Source: Paragordius varius
Lineage: Eukaryota > Animalia > Nematomorpha
Assembly: GCA_964247055.1 (NCBI GenBank)
Contig: OZ176052.1
Span: forward strand, 11,160,001 to 11,224,000
Length of the DNA: 64,000 bases
Direction of reading: 5' to 3'
Part shown: one piece after another, positions 25,771 through 38,700 of the stretch
Layout of the letters: the number at the start of each line of letters is the position of its first letter
Numbering within the stretch: position 1 is the stretch's first letter
The notes under the pieces: generated by a model
What the model was told of the DNA's origin: nothing
The model's input: the letters and a program-made list of their open reading frames with translations, nothing else
The model's database searches: none
Made by a program: the position numbers and the translations under genes

Positions 25771-26798
25771 AAAGTTATACTAACATATAAATGTCATTAC
25801 CTCTTTTGCAAAAAGGACTTAACTTATACCCCATTATTTTAATATGAATTACCGATATTTTATCGCATAGTTTATTAGTACTATTTAGAATGACATAATT
25901 AATTTATTTGTAGTTCCCGATTGTTTTCGTAGTGTTTCTAGCTTTTACCTATAACGCGTGTAATTTTATTAGCTCTTCTCATATAAAACCATTACTTCAA
26001 ACTTTACCGTTCTCTGTCAGTTCTTTTTTCAATAATAAATATTAAATTATTGTAATGTAACCATTTTTGGAACTTTGTGAAAAGGTATACTCTCACCTTA
26101 AGTTTATAAATTAAAAAATGAGACCTTATTCGAAAATCGGAGAAGTGTATGATGCTAAAGCTCTTCATTTTGATAAGCTAATTTTATGAACGAGCGGAAA
26201 TATATTTTATGCGTTTTGTAAGTTATTTCACAGCAACATCAATGGAGACAGATAATAAATCGACATGAGATATTATATAAATTCACATATTCTTTTATAC
26301 CTTTAAAGTTGTTTTTATAAACAGCGACCATAGTTCAAAATTAGAGAAATAATTATTATATTTTTCCTTTTTCTAACGTATAATTTTATGGCCGAAATAT
26401 AAAATTTTTTTAGTTTACAATATTGATAGGTTTAAAATATTTTTATGAAAATTGATTTTTCGCTCATAATTAACCGTCTCAATACAATTTTAACTTTATG
26501 CAGTGGATACCGCTCTCCGATTTCATCAATTATATTGGGAATGTTTTTATTAAAAAACATACAAATTAAACCGACTAACCCAATGCAAATCACGCGCATC
26601 AAATTACTGATGATTCGGAATATAATTGGAAGTTTACAAACTCCAAACATACCAATCAAGTAAACAACAGAAAAAAATAGTAGCTTATGTATTAAAACTA
26701 AATGTCTTGGTTATATAGGATAAACCAACATCGCTTATTTTCTAACAAATTACAAAATTTATAAAGAAAAATAAATACCGATATAATATGAAGTCCAT

Positions 26799-27137
26799 TT
26801 AACGGTAAATATGGATTAATTTAATGGAATAATATGCAACCAGAAAAATAAAGCTTCCTAAAAATGAGCATAATGGCCATTCCTAAAATAAATATATAAG
26901 TCTACATGCCAAAATAAATTCCAATCAAGTAAAGCCAAAAATGATCCACACCATGCCCCAATAAGAATGATAAGCGCAAAATAAGAGTTTGTATTTCTAG
27001 ATAGCAATGATGAATATATTAATGCAAAGGAAAGCGTTTTTAAGGAGCTAAAGATTATAAGTTGTCTACCATGCGTTTGCTCCAAACAAAACTGGCAATA
27101 TGTAATAAACTACGTTAGTGCAAAACCAATTTAACAT
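26799..27137 (-). CDS. PIGF: GPI ethanolamine-phosphate transferase subunit PIG-F (N-terminus uncertain; frame open to 27230)
   Basis: YILPVLFGA|..SLKTLSFALIYSS..LIGAWCGSFLALLDWNLFWH|EWPLCSFLG matches PIGF (GAW..PLDW..WQ.WP). It requires introns 27048-27069 (22 nt) and 26883-26905 (23 nt). Confidence 0.8.
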
Positions 27138-27178
27138 CTGTTTAATTTTGCAACACACGGTCAGTTCCCGATATTGAA

Positions 27179-27378
27179 ATGGTATAAGTTTTATAAATTT
27201 AGGCTTCCCATAAAACATTTCGGTTAAAAACTAAATTGGCCAAAAAAATGAAGCAAAATAGGCCTGTGCCTCAATGGATTAGAATGTGTACAGGGAATAA
27301 AATAAGGTATTATTTTTTTAATTTTTTAGATATAATACCAAACGCCGAAATTGGAAGAAAACAAAATTAGGATTTTAA
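27179..27378 (+). CDS. RPL39: 60S ribosomal protein L39 (51 aa), 3 exons
   Basis: ATG 27179-27181, intron 27182-27202 (21 nt), exon 27203-27306, intron 27307-27329 (23 nt), exon 27330-27378. Product: [51 protein letters not shown]. Confidence 0.97.
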
Positions 27379-27639
27379 GCTGAATAAATTATTGTTTACA
27401 TGAATATATGGATATTATATTTATTTGGATCTATTTATTCGTCCACCTTGTAATAATTCTCAAAGATTTTCGTAAAATTGTAATTAATTATACATTTTCA
27501 TGTAACATGTTATACGTTTCTTAAACTATATGGTAATCATTTAATTTGCAATTAAAAATGATTTTTATCTTTTTTTTGCTTTTGTTGTTTTAAAAAACTA
27601 TTATAAAGAAGTAAATATATTTGGATGAAGCCTATAAAA

Positions 27640-28763
27640 CATTGGTATTCAAACCGCAAAACCCGGGCCGCAGGCCCTAAATCGATTTTTATTCACCTGA
27701 GTAAATGACTTAATTTTTTGATCTACCTTTTTCAAGTAAAAATATCTGCAGCAAAAGCCATTCGGTATTATATGTTTGTCCCCTGAAAGAGAAAAATATT
27801 TTATTTGGTTCTTTAAAAAATTTTGATGACTGCCACTGCTAGAAAAAATATTTTTTTTATCATTAAAATCACTTAGTTTAGGGGTTAGTTTTTAGGTCCT
27901 GAGCTGTGTTATATTAACCACACTGATATTTGGCAAAATTAAAAAATATACATATGGCCAGCTTATTTACAATTTCGTAGGATGATATAAAAATTATTTG
28001 GAGTTATTTTAACAAGATAACATATTATTTGAATTCTTTAATTTTTACAGTTTTCTATAACTCTTTAAATTAGATAGCACTTTATCCACCGTCTTTTTAA
28101 ATATCGAAAATTTGCTCAAAAACCAAAAGATGTTAAATGTTATTGCCCTCGGTCCAAAGTCAGTGAGTATAAAAAAAATCAGATAATGTTTATCGGGAAA
28201 TGTATCATTGGCATATGGATATATCCAATATTAAGCCACTTAAGCATTTCGGTTTTGATTGGGCGAATATCATTGAAGAATTCGTTTAAAAATGATTCTA
28301 ATATGGAGGCTCATGGAGAATTATAGAGAGGAGAGATATGTTGAGTTTTTGCAAGATGTGCCAAATAAATGTAAAAATATAAAAAATGTGCTCAAGTTAT
28401 TTTAACTGTTTTTCCCTAAACATACATCTGTGAGACGGAATATTTAAAAATGAATTATGTCAAGAATACATACAAAAATCGCTTAACCGATGATCATATG
28501 GATGACGTATTAAAATTGGCCTGTTTTGAGGCGGAACCAAATTTATCAAAAATTATTGGTTAATATCAAAATAAATGTTATCAAAATATTTTAATTTTTT
28601 TTAACTAAATGATGCTAAAAGAGTTTTTAGCTAATCATTGTGCTGATTTAGAATAACCATGTTCATATGTGCCAAATAGCTATTTTGCCATTATCAGGTT
28701 CATTGTCCACGAAAATAAAATATATTTTATTTGGCCGGCCAAATATTTTGGTTAGTACCACTG
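27640..28763 (+). mobile_element. Internally deleted hAT element (SPIN/GTF2IRD2-like C-terminus)
   Basis: Ends CATTGGTATTCAAAC / GTTAGTACCACTG with flanks CTATAAAA / ATATAAAT. Remnant YICETEYLKMNYVKNTYKNRLTDDHMDDVLKLA near 28425-28520 resembles the hAT dimerisation region. Confidence 0.75.
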
Positions 28764-29802
28764 ATATAAATGATACAAATAAAAATAATATTTAGAAAAA
28801 TGTTTTTATTAAAGACAAATGGGCAATTTTAACGTGCTTTATAAGATACATATAAAATTGCTGTGTTTATATGGAGAATGGTTTTTCTATTGGTATAGTT
28901 TAACATACTCCTTTACCTCATTCTTCTATAATATAGCTATATTATCTCATTAAAAAAATTGTCATATATATATATAACCTCACCAATTCAAAAGCTCGAA
29001 ACTCGTTTTCATCTCAAACCTATATAATTTTACTAAGTTAGTGGTGGTTATTAGTAATTGAACCCAAGCGTCAATTAAAAAATGTAGGTGGACCGCAGAA
29101 AGATATTATAAATGGCAAGAATTGTTCAAATGGGTCTAGACCTTTTCCGCAAAAATTTTCGGACACGAATGCATTTCTAAAAAATTCATTTACACGATAA
29201 GGTTAAACACAGGGTCTAATGCACAATTCTTATATAATCGCCATTTATATAACAATTTATAGGTCATTGTCGAATAATTGGCACACGTTTTCCGGAGATA
29301 ATTGTTTCAAAGACTGTATTTATAAGATGGGTCTTAAATAGGCCCTAATTCAAAAAGAATTTACCAATATGAGAGAAATGCCCAGGACTAATACTGAATC
29401 CATAAACTTCCATTGGTTTAATTTATTTGGTCTTCCTGCAAAAATACAATCTAAAATGGAGGGAGCTGAGAGGGGCTAATTAAAAAATACTCGAATATGA
29501 TCGACGTATTTATCAAAAAATATCCATTGATTGTGGGGCCGTTTCCCGGAAAATAGCTTTATATCCTAATTATTAGGGATCTATATTATAAAACACCTAA
29601 TTTTACATCTGTGCATAGTGGCTATTTTTTATGAATAAATCCATCATTGAATTTGATTTGGCTTACGAATTTTCTGGAAAAAAAATATATTACATTTAAA
29701 ACAAGTTAGCAAGACAAATTAGCTAGTGAAAAGGGCACTAATTTACTTCAGAATAAGGTTATATATCAAAAGGATTTTTACGCTCCCGATATCATGTGGG
29801 AC

Positions 29803-30507
29803 TAGGATTGTGCATTTTACCGCTTTTTCAAAAAAGTCCGGTTAGACCAAGTCAGACCATAGTCATGACCATTTTTTACTTGGGTAAATATCATGCGAAA
29901 TTGGATATTAAAAATATTGTTCGGACAAAACTTGTGTTTCACTAATAATGTCATGTTTTTTCTTAAAAGTTTGTATTATACATTTTTTTTATATTTATTA
30001 TTTACAAAAATTTTCAATCAAATTTAATCAAGATTGTTTGCAAATAAATTTTGCCACAAATTTGTGTCCTTCTGAATCTTCAAATACATAGCTTTTACTG
30101 GATATTTCAAATAAAATTTTACTTAGTTTTTACACTTACTTTCATCATTGAAACATCCAATTATAAGGTGTTTTTTCAATTTATTCGTTCACATATATGG
30201 AATAATTGTATATTTTGCAAAGTGCTTAATTGTTTTGTTTTTCGAAATAACTGGATATGCTTAAATGCTAATGTTATAAGGTTGCATGTTTAACAATTTT
30301 TATAATATTGTTAAATGAGCATATTTAATTGTATTATATTTAAAATTTTTATTAAATAACAATAAAATCTTATCTCTCTTCCAAAAAAATCTAGCAATTT
30401 TTCAAAAAACAGCGGTTTTAAATGACCATGGTCAAAAAATAAATGGCCACTGACCTGGTCATGACCCGGTCAATTGACCGGGTAGTGGCTTGGTCAGCAC
30501 AACACTA
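29803..30507. mobile_element. Complete 705-bp hAT-type MITE
   Basis: Perfect 8-bp TSD TGTGGGAC (29795-29802 and 30508-30515). TIRs TAGGATTGTGC / GCACAACACTA, with GACC.GGTC subterminal repeats. Confidence 0.88.
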
Positions 30508-30650
30508 TGTGGGACACTTCAAGTTTTTGCAACTGGCAATTCGTGTCAGCTTTGCGATCAATTTATATATAAATGCTAAGGGTATAAACTCAACAGTTTA
30601 TAAGTCAATTAGGTATTAATTTTTTTTAAAAATTATCAAATTGTATATCA

Positions 30651-33600
30651 TCATTCACAGGTTTTAAAAAATTTGCACGTGTTTTCATATATCTGATTAG
30701 CCATGACATCAATAGTCATCTCTGCGGGCAATGTTCCATTTTTTCGCTTAATAGCGTATATAACTTCAATAACTTGAATTAATGTGCAAGGCTCATTACG
30801 GCCTTTAACCAATATTATTTTTTCATCCACATCTCCAGTTTTCGTACTGGGGAGAATATCATTGTTTGTCCCCAGATTGAGATGGTATTTTTCCTTTTTT
30901 ATCGATGCAAACTTAGTTTTAACATACGGAAAACTGGCATGTGAAGGTTTTATTTCGCACCACGGCGCATCTAAGATAAAAAAATTGAGGACAATGCATA
31001 GCTAATACATTTATCATTACATATTAGTAGCCCAATAATTATTAAATTTGCAAATTTTTTAAATGAATGCTAAAAATCGTTGGGTAATAATTTATCATCA
31101 AGTAACTTTCAAAAATATGCTTTGTTTCAATCGAAAGTCGGTAAAGTCTAGCATAACATTTTAAGCTCAATCACGTTAGATAACATAAAAAACTTGCACT
31201 TAAATTCTGATATTTTTTAATTTGAATTACAAGATAGATGGTAAAAAAGATCTTTCCAAATTAATGAAAGAATGAAATTGTTTACATAATTGAAACACGA
31301 GTTAAATATAGAATCAGGCTAAAATCTAGCTACAAACAAAAGTCAAATTTTTTGTGAGATGCATAAAAAATAGAAAACATTTGTACCAAGCTAAAATATT
31401 ACACCTGTTTCAATCATTAATCTATCAAGTGGTATGTTGGAAACAGTCTTTAAATTTTCTTCCGTTTTTAGCGAACAACCATTGATTCCGATAAAAAGTT
31501 TTGGAGAAAATGCTAACAACTCTACAGACTCCTCCAATGTTCCAGTAAATGAATGGACCTATTTAACATTGAAATTTACGAGATTAAACAAATGTTATAT
31601 CAAAAAGATAGGGAGGATAAGCCGTAAAATATGCGCTTTTTTGTCCGAAAAAATTAATGAGTTTTTAATAATTTCTTAGCCTAATTATTTAATTAAAAAT
31701 AAAAAATTTTTATGTAAACTTATAAACTTAATCACCATAACTACAATTAGTGGGTTAAAAAATAAATAAAACTCGGTTTTACCCGGCGGTCAATTTACGC
31801 AGAAAATGTTAATATATAAACGTTATAATTTTATCATTTGTATTAAGTAGTGTTATTATTTAACTATCACAAATTAATTTAAAATATTCTAATCTAATCT
31901 TTTATGACTATTTATAATAAAAACAATCGCAATCTCGGTCGAATGCAGTCATAACCAACAATCCTGATCTTAATCATAATTTTTTATAAAAAAATATCTA
32001 AATATTTAGTTATAATTTTATTACGTATATTTTTAATTTTAACATATGACAAAGACTAGAAGTAGTCAAAAATTCATTTTTTATATTTATTTACAACTGA
32101 ATATGCCTAATCCAAAATATTAATTATAAGGTATAAAGTGCTAAATTTCTTACAACGCCCCGATAGTTATCAATAACATCTTTGTTTTGCTTTAAAATTT
32201 CCACAAAATCTTGGTGAGAATTTCTGCAATGCAAAAATGATGGAAGTCCATACCTGCGTGCCAAATCCATTTGTAATTTAAAATATCTAATATAAAATTT
32301 CTTTTAAACACCTCTTTGTTTGATTTAGTCATATATTCAAATGAACTATTAATAAATTAAAACAGAATAATAATTAAATAATTATATAATCAGTAAAAAC
32401 TTTTACTGGACCATTAAAGTAATTGAACGAAATACAAATAAATATATATGACTATCAGATATCCTGCATTTAATTAAATAAAAATCCATTTTAACACATA
32501 TTCTTATGTTTGCGATAACCAAAGTCTTCATAAGAATATAACTATAAAATAGATAGTTCAAAACGGGCCAAGCACAACTAAATAATATAGACGTATACAT
32601 TTATTTAATATATATTTTATTTCGGATTTTAGCTTAAAACCGGGGTTTCGAGCCGGAACCACATGGAACCGAAATTCCGTTTCCTGGAACCGATTCCTTT
32701 GGGTTGAAACCAACTGGTTCCAATTCAAGTTCCGAAATTTCGGGAAGTATCCCGGTTTATTTTCAAATTCTTAGTAACCAGTTTGGTTACGGTTCCACAT
32801 GTAAAAACAGAGATTTTCACATGGTTTTATTTTTAACATATAAAATTTATTGTTAAATTATTATTAATATTGATCGTATGATAACATTTTTTTTAGTTTA
32901 CCATCAAAATCGAGTGACCTACATAATTTTAAAAAAGTTTAAATATTATTTATAAAAATAATGATTTAATTGCAATTTTTTCTCATTTGTCATTTTTTTT
33001 CAATATCTTACCTTCAACACTTGAAGAGAACCACAGACATTATAATTTACGTAGATTTTTTGATCTACATTTATCTCATTAATTAATGAAACTGGTAAAA
33101 AAATCATAAACTATAAATAACGGAAAATAATGAGCCATGCCATGTATCAGTGGTATACAAACCGCGTCCCACGGACCGCATGAGCCCCTGAAGATTTTTT
33201 TTGCCCATGGAAAATATTAAAATTATCATGTAGGATTACATTAGCGGTACATATTATGGCTTATAACTAAAAAGAAACTTCTCTAAGCTTTTTATATCTT
33301 AAGAACTGAGAGTCTTACCCTCAAATTGCTTGGTACAATCATTTAATATTAATTTAAGATTTCCTCAATAGATGCGAAGATAATCCTTACGCATTGAATA
33401 TTTGCCTATTATGTTGTTTTATATAACAAACTTTTTTGTAAAATAATCATTTAATGAAAAATCAGGAACCAATATGAAACGGTTCCAGAACTGTTAAATT
33501 TAGCTATCCGATTCCGGTTTGGTCAAAACGACCCTGGATTCCGTTCTGCCTTATTTGAACCGCTTCGACACCCTGCAAAAAGGCTTTTTAAAAAATAAAG

Positions 33601-34506
33601 TATGACGGCATTTTCAAAATCAATTCGATTTTCTCTTTTAGGTGTTTTATGCTCCTTAAATGTTTGAAATTTTGTTAAATTTTTTTGTTTCATGGAATAA
33701 CATTTTTGCAAAAACAGAAGCATTATATTGCAATGATATATTAACAGAATAAAAGTTATTAAACAATTAGTTATGATAAAAAATAAATGATTAGAAAAAA
33801 ATATATAGAACTTTTTCTAGATTTTAGAAAATTCAAATTATTTAATTCACATATATATATAAAAAGAAATATAGTAGATAGCTAATATTGATATACCGGT
33901 ATTAATATTTAAATATAATTATTAAGAAAAAGCTGCTAGCCGAAAAAAATTCATTACTAAAGTTTATTTTTAATATTTTTTTTTATCAACCACAACATTT
34001 TATAAACGAAAAAATACTCAATCTGAGTTTCCTTTGGACAAAAATGTAAACGATCATAATCTTTATCTTAATTTTCTGTAAACCTAATCCATATTCACCG
34101 ATAGCTTTGACATATTCCAAATTTTCGTGAATTATGTTTGATAACTTGTTAAAATAATTATATCCGTCATCCTGAGATTGGTCGAATTCCAAACAGCGTG
34201 TTGGGTGACAGCCAGCAGTAGTGAAAATAAAATTTTGGTATTTTTTGGATAAAAGAATATTATTATTTATATCTTCAATATTTCCACTGGTTGAAATAAT
34301 CTATGTTCTAAATGATGCATACCTTATCAACATTACATTTTTGGGCTTTTTTTAAAACTAAATCTATGTCTGACTCATGTAACTTTTTTTCATGATAATA
34401 TCCATTGTACATATTATCTAAAATATATACTATAATCACCAGAAAGATTCGCTCCAATATCTAAAATTAACAAAAATTTACCATAAAATTTAAAAATTTG
34501 TGCCAT
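30651..34506 (-). CDS. TATDN1: TatD-family DNase TATDN1, 8 exons
   Basis: MAQIFKFY|DIGANLS|DNMY..; AGCHPTRC; KAIGEYGL|[13 protein letters not shown]; [10 protein letters not shown]; GV|VHSFTG; [10 protein letters not shown]; LMIET|DAPWC; KGRNEPC. Four introns of 21-23 nt and three of about 0.4-1.7 kb. Confidence 0.95.
32640..33530. mobile_element. Nest of MITE-like fragments in TATDN1 intron 5
   Basis: GGAACC/GGTTCC-rich ends at 32640-32800 and 33460-33530. A hAT-like end CAGTGGTATACAAACCGC at 33148 resembles the end at 27640. Boundaries unclear. Confidence 0.45.
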
Positions 34507-35705
34507 GCGGTAGAGTGTGTTCTGCTTAAAAAGATTTTTCGCATGTACCATTATGAAAAATAACAGTGTGCAACATAAATAGGTATTTTCGTCTTACCAT
34601 TTACAAAACGATTGACGATGAGGCAAATACATAAAAACGGGTTTTAACACATACTTTAACATTTCATGACCTTTTCATTTTTTGTTAGATGTGACTATTT
34701 GGGTAGTTTTATATCCAGCTCAATATTGTACATAAACTATTATTTAGAAGATTTTCTTAATTATTTAATAAATAAAAATATTTTATTTTTAGAGTTTTGT
34801 AACTTTTAGAGTTTAATACCCATATTATAGCTGCAATAATTAATGGGATAATTTATATCACAGAGCGATTTAAAATTTTAATAGCTTAAAAAGTCTTTAA
34901 TGTAATAAGTTGATTTTAAATTTGCCATTTAACTCTTTGGGCGCATTATTATACAAACAATTTTTTTAAAAGTAAAAAATCTTCATCTCAAACTTTTTCG
35001 CCGCCATTATTTATTTTATTTTCAAATCGCCAATGCAACAAGCAAATAAATGTAAAATGGTTAGAAAATGAAAACAAAATTCAGGCTACATACCAACAAA
35101 CACTTGATGAATTATAATATTAGCTTTTTATTTCAATCGGATTTCGGAGCTGTCCCATTGTAGTCATATAACTAAAACATAAACTTTTTTATTTTATACA
35201 TGAGAACAAATATTTAATAACTAAATTTTAAATAAAAAGCTTTCAAAAAAGTTTAATTGGGCGCTTGGATATAAAACCCCCCAATATGTCAACTAAGAAA
35301 AAAAGTAAAAAGGTTATGTGGTATTCAAAAGTTAATTTAATATAGCGGTATTAATCCCTTTAAGAAAAAATCTAGGTTTGACGAATATATTTGAGTTTTA
35401 TAAAAAATAATATACTTTTTATAATTTACCCTAAGCCCTAGAAAGCATAGGTTCAGAATTACCCACTAATAAAAAGCTATTAAATATTTATATTTTGAGT
35501 TAGAAATAAAGTAATAAAGAGCACAACTCTTATGATCGCAATAATTATTTTATGTTTATAAATACATTTCATAAATTATCCGTAATTTTAAATGTTTATC
35601 AAAATTTAATTTATTCTACAAAAATTATATAAAAGTTATTGCCTATAATTTTTAATAAAACAATAGTCCAACTGAATTAGTGAATGGCAAAAGAGAATAT
35701 GTTGC

Positions 35706-38700
35706 ATGGTTTTTGAAAATATTTTAACTGTGACAATAATTAAAAATCCGGTGTATGGATTTGGAATAGCTATAAGTGAGAAAGAGAAAGTTAATACAGG
35801 CGACCTATATCGTATATTTATATCCGATGTAGTTCGTGAAGGTCCATCATGGAACAAATTAAAGTTTATTTTATTGATATGATTTAGGTTAAACGATTGC
35901 ATAATTGCCGTTAATAATGTATCCCTAGAACATTTTTCCTACGAAGAAGCTTTAAATTTGCTTCAATTGTCTGGAAACATTGTCACTCTAGTATTTTTTA
36001 TATAATTTGCAGATAGTAAATCGGAAAGAAGTTATTACTGACACGAGAAGTGTAGTTTTGAACAAACATTTAATAAAATCCCTGAATATATCATTTAAAC
36101 AGTGTTGGATTATCGATTCAATTGACGATGCAATTGATTCAGTTATTCAATTACGGAAGGGTGATTGTATTTACAAAGTTTAGTTCCATTATTTTATAAA
36201 TAGATTAACAATTCATCCACTGAAAATTTAACCGTGTCCGAATGTACTAATATCATAAATAATTCAAACGATCCTATAACGCTTTACATATGCAATCCTT
36301 TTGCCAAAGAACAATTTTTCCCGTCAAATAATTTCTCCACATTAATATCAAATTATAACAATAATAATTTATCAAATATAAGTTTCCCATTTACAGTGTC
36401 TTTACCCTTAATGCCCTTAATTATGCATTATAATACCTGCTCACTTGGCCTTCATTTAAAGGGCGGAAATAAAAGTGGACTTTTCATCGCCAATATTGAA
36501 CCGGGGAGTTTGGCACAAAATTTTGTAATTTCGTTTTCATATATTTGTTCATTTTTGTTTTCAACGAGTTTGTACGAATAATTAATAATAATTTATTCAG
36601 AAATTAATTAAGCTAAAGTACTCTTCATCTATTTTTGCGTGTGTTGTAAGTTTGCAGAGAAAGATTCGCATTTTTATGACCTATTTCCATATATACGCAT
36701 TTGAGTGGTTTTCCTTAGGTATGTAAAATAATTACATTAGAATACACTGTACTTTATAGTTTACTTACATAATGGCAAGAGATGTAATTACTTTTATCTA
36801 TAAGATTTATTTTTGCCTGGCAAATTATTATATTTTTTTTAGTAATAGCATAATATTTTAGCTATATTTCATGTGAGTAGTAATTTTAATTCTTAGTTAT
36901 GAATTATTAATTATAAATTTTTTCGTTATAATCTCACCAAATTTTGATCCTTTTTATATTTTTTATTTAACTTAAAGGTAATTATAAGGTTTATAGGGAA
37001 ATTATTTATGATACCGGCTTAAATGATTTTTTAATATTTTAGATAAAAAAATTGTTTGGATTGTTTAAAAAAAATAATCATTTTATAACCCATACCTCTT
37101 TACCCATAATTTTAAATATTAATAACTAATAAACATTTATATTTAGACTGCCCTGAAAGTCGGACTCAAAATTGTTGCCCTTAACCAAGAATCTATGATT
37201 GGTGTAACGAAAGAGTATATATTATATCGTATGATTGATTATATCGGACAATGTTATCAATCTAAATGTTACAATACTTCAGGAGTTGAATATAATAATA
37301 AGCCCTATTCAGTACATGTGCCATATAATTCTGTTAATAACACAAATACAGTATCCAATATTTGCAATGCATATAATCTTCAAAATTCTACTGCCACTTT
37401 TAACAAAGATTATATAAACCTAACTTTAATGGAATGTCCTCAAGAATTTGCATATGCACTCCAAACTGAACAGGGTGACGAATTTTATGTCAGGTATTAT
37501 TTAGATTGTTTAAAAATAATTTATATTTCAATAGTAAATAGGATTGAAACTTTGTTGGCCCCACCATTTGCAAAAAACGGTTTCTGATTAATAAGTTTTG
37601 GTTTAAATTATTTTGATAAAATAAAATCTTCTGGTTGCACTTTTTTGACCAATTGTTATAATTATATATGAATCAAATATATGAACACCACGACTTTAAA
37701 ATTCATTTTTTGTAAAAAATATACTTATGAATAACTTAGATATTATAAATAAGATTTTTTTGGATTTTTTATCCAAATCTGTTTTATGAATCATCGGTAA
37801 AACGATTTATATTTCATGTTATCATAGATGCAATTACGACTTTGAAGCCTTGGAACATTGGTTATTAATGGATAATAATTGCAATATTTCTAATCACTGT
37901 GATATAATACCTTCTCCGTATTGCCTTTTCCCTTACACTAATAGTCTTACGTCACCTTCACATATAAGCCATTTTATGCATAAAAACTCGTCTTTTAACA
38001 AAAATGAAAAGATTAGTAAAGGCAACAATAATTGGTCACAAAATTTTTCATTACCATTTCCATTACTGCGTGTCAAAACAGGGGATATTTTATGCATTTC
38101 GGACACTGTATACGCCGGACAAATTGGTCTTTGGTATGCTACGAAAGTATGGCCTCCTGTCCTTAATAATGTGCCCATAGTCATGAATTATAGGTAAATT
38201 TGAACATTTTTTGTATTCATAAGTTTTCTAGATAATATTATTATCCCTTACTAAATGTTATTGGTTGGTGAATAATCGCATTTGTTTTTAGAATAGGATA
38301 AAATCAATATAATGCTTAATTCGTTAATATGGATTATTATAGTTTACTCTTCTTAAAGAATAGAGATATTATTGTTTAAATTTGACTTCTTATATTTGTG
38401 GAAAATTTTGAGCCATAATAATCCATAATCAATCAAATTGTGTATTTTTTAATACTTTTATTCTTATAATGATATGTAAAGTAAGGAATGTAAGAAATCA
38501 CAAAATTTGGCTTATGATATTGATATTAAGCCAGAGTTCCGCATCATGTCATCAAGGTGGAGAAACTATCCTTAAAACTATTTTATTCACATTAATCTTT
38601 AGTATGCATATAGTTCATTTATATATATAATTTAGATGCTTGTCATCACAAAAACCGCATGTTGCTAATGGTTTAAATCAAGAAAATAAAAATTTAAGTG

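Noticed and set aside
25174-30507. Composite transposon carrying PIGF and RPL39 between two inverted MITEs
   Set aside because: The right copy has its own perfect TSD on both sides (TGTGGGAC) and the outer flanks of the pair do not match, so these are independent insertions.
18452-36203. Stop-codon reassignment as an alternative to micro-introns
   Set aside because: Most segments are 22 or 23 nt and shift the frame, all have GT-AG ends, and genes end normally at TAA or TGA.
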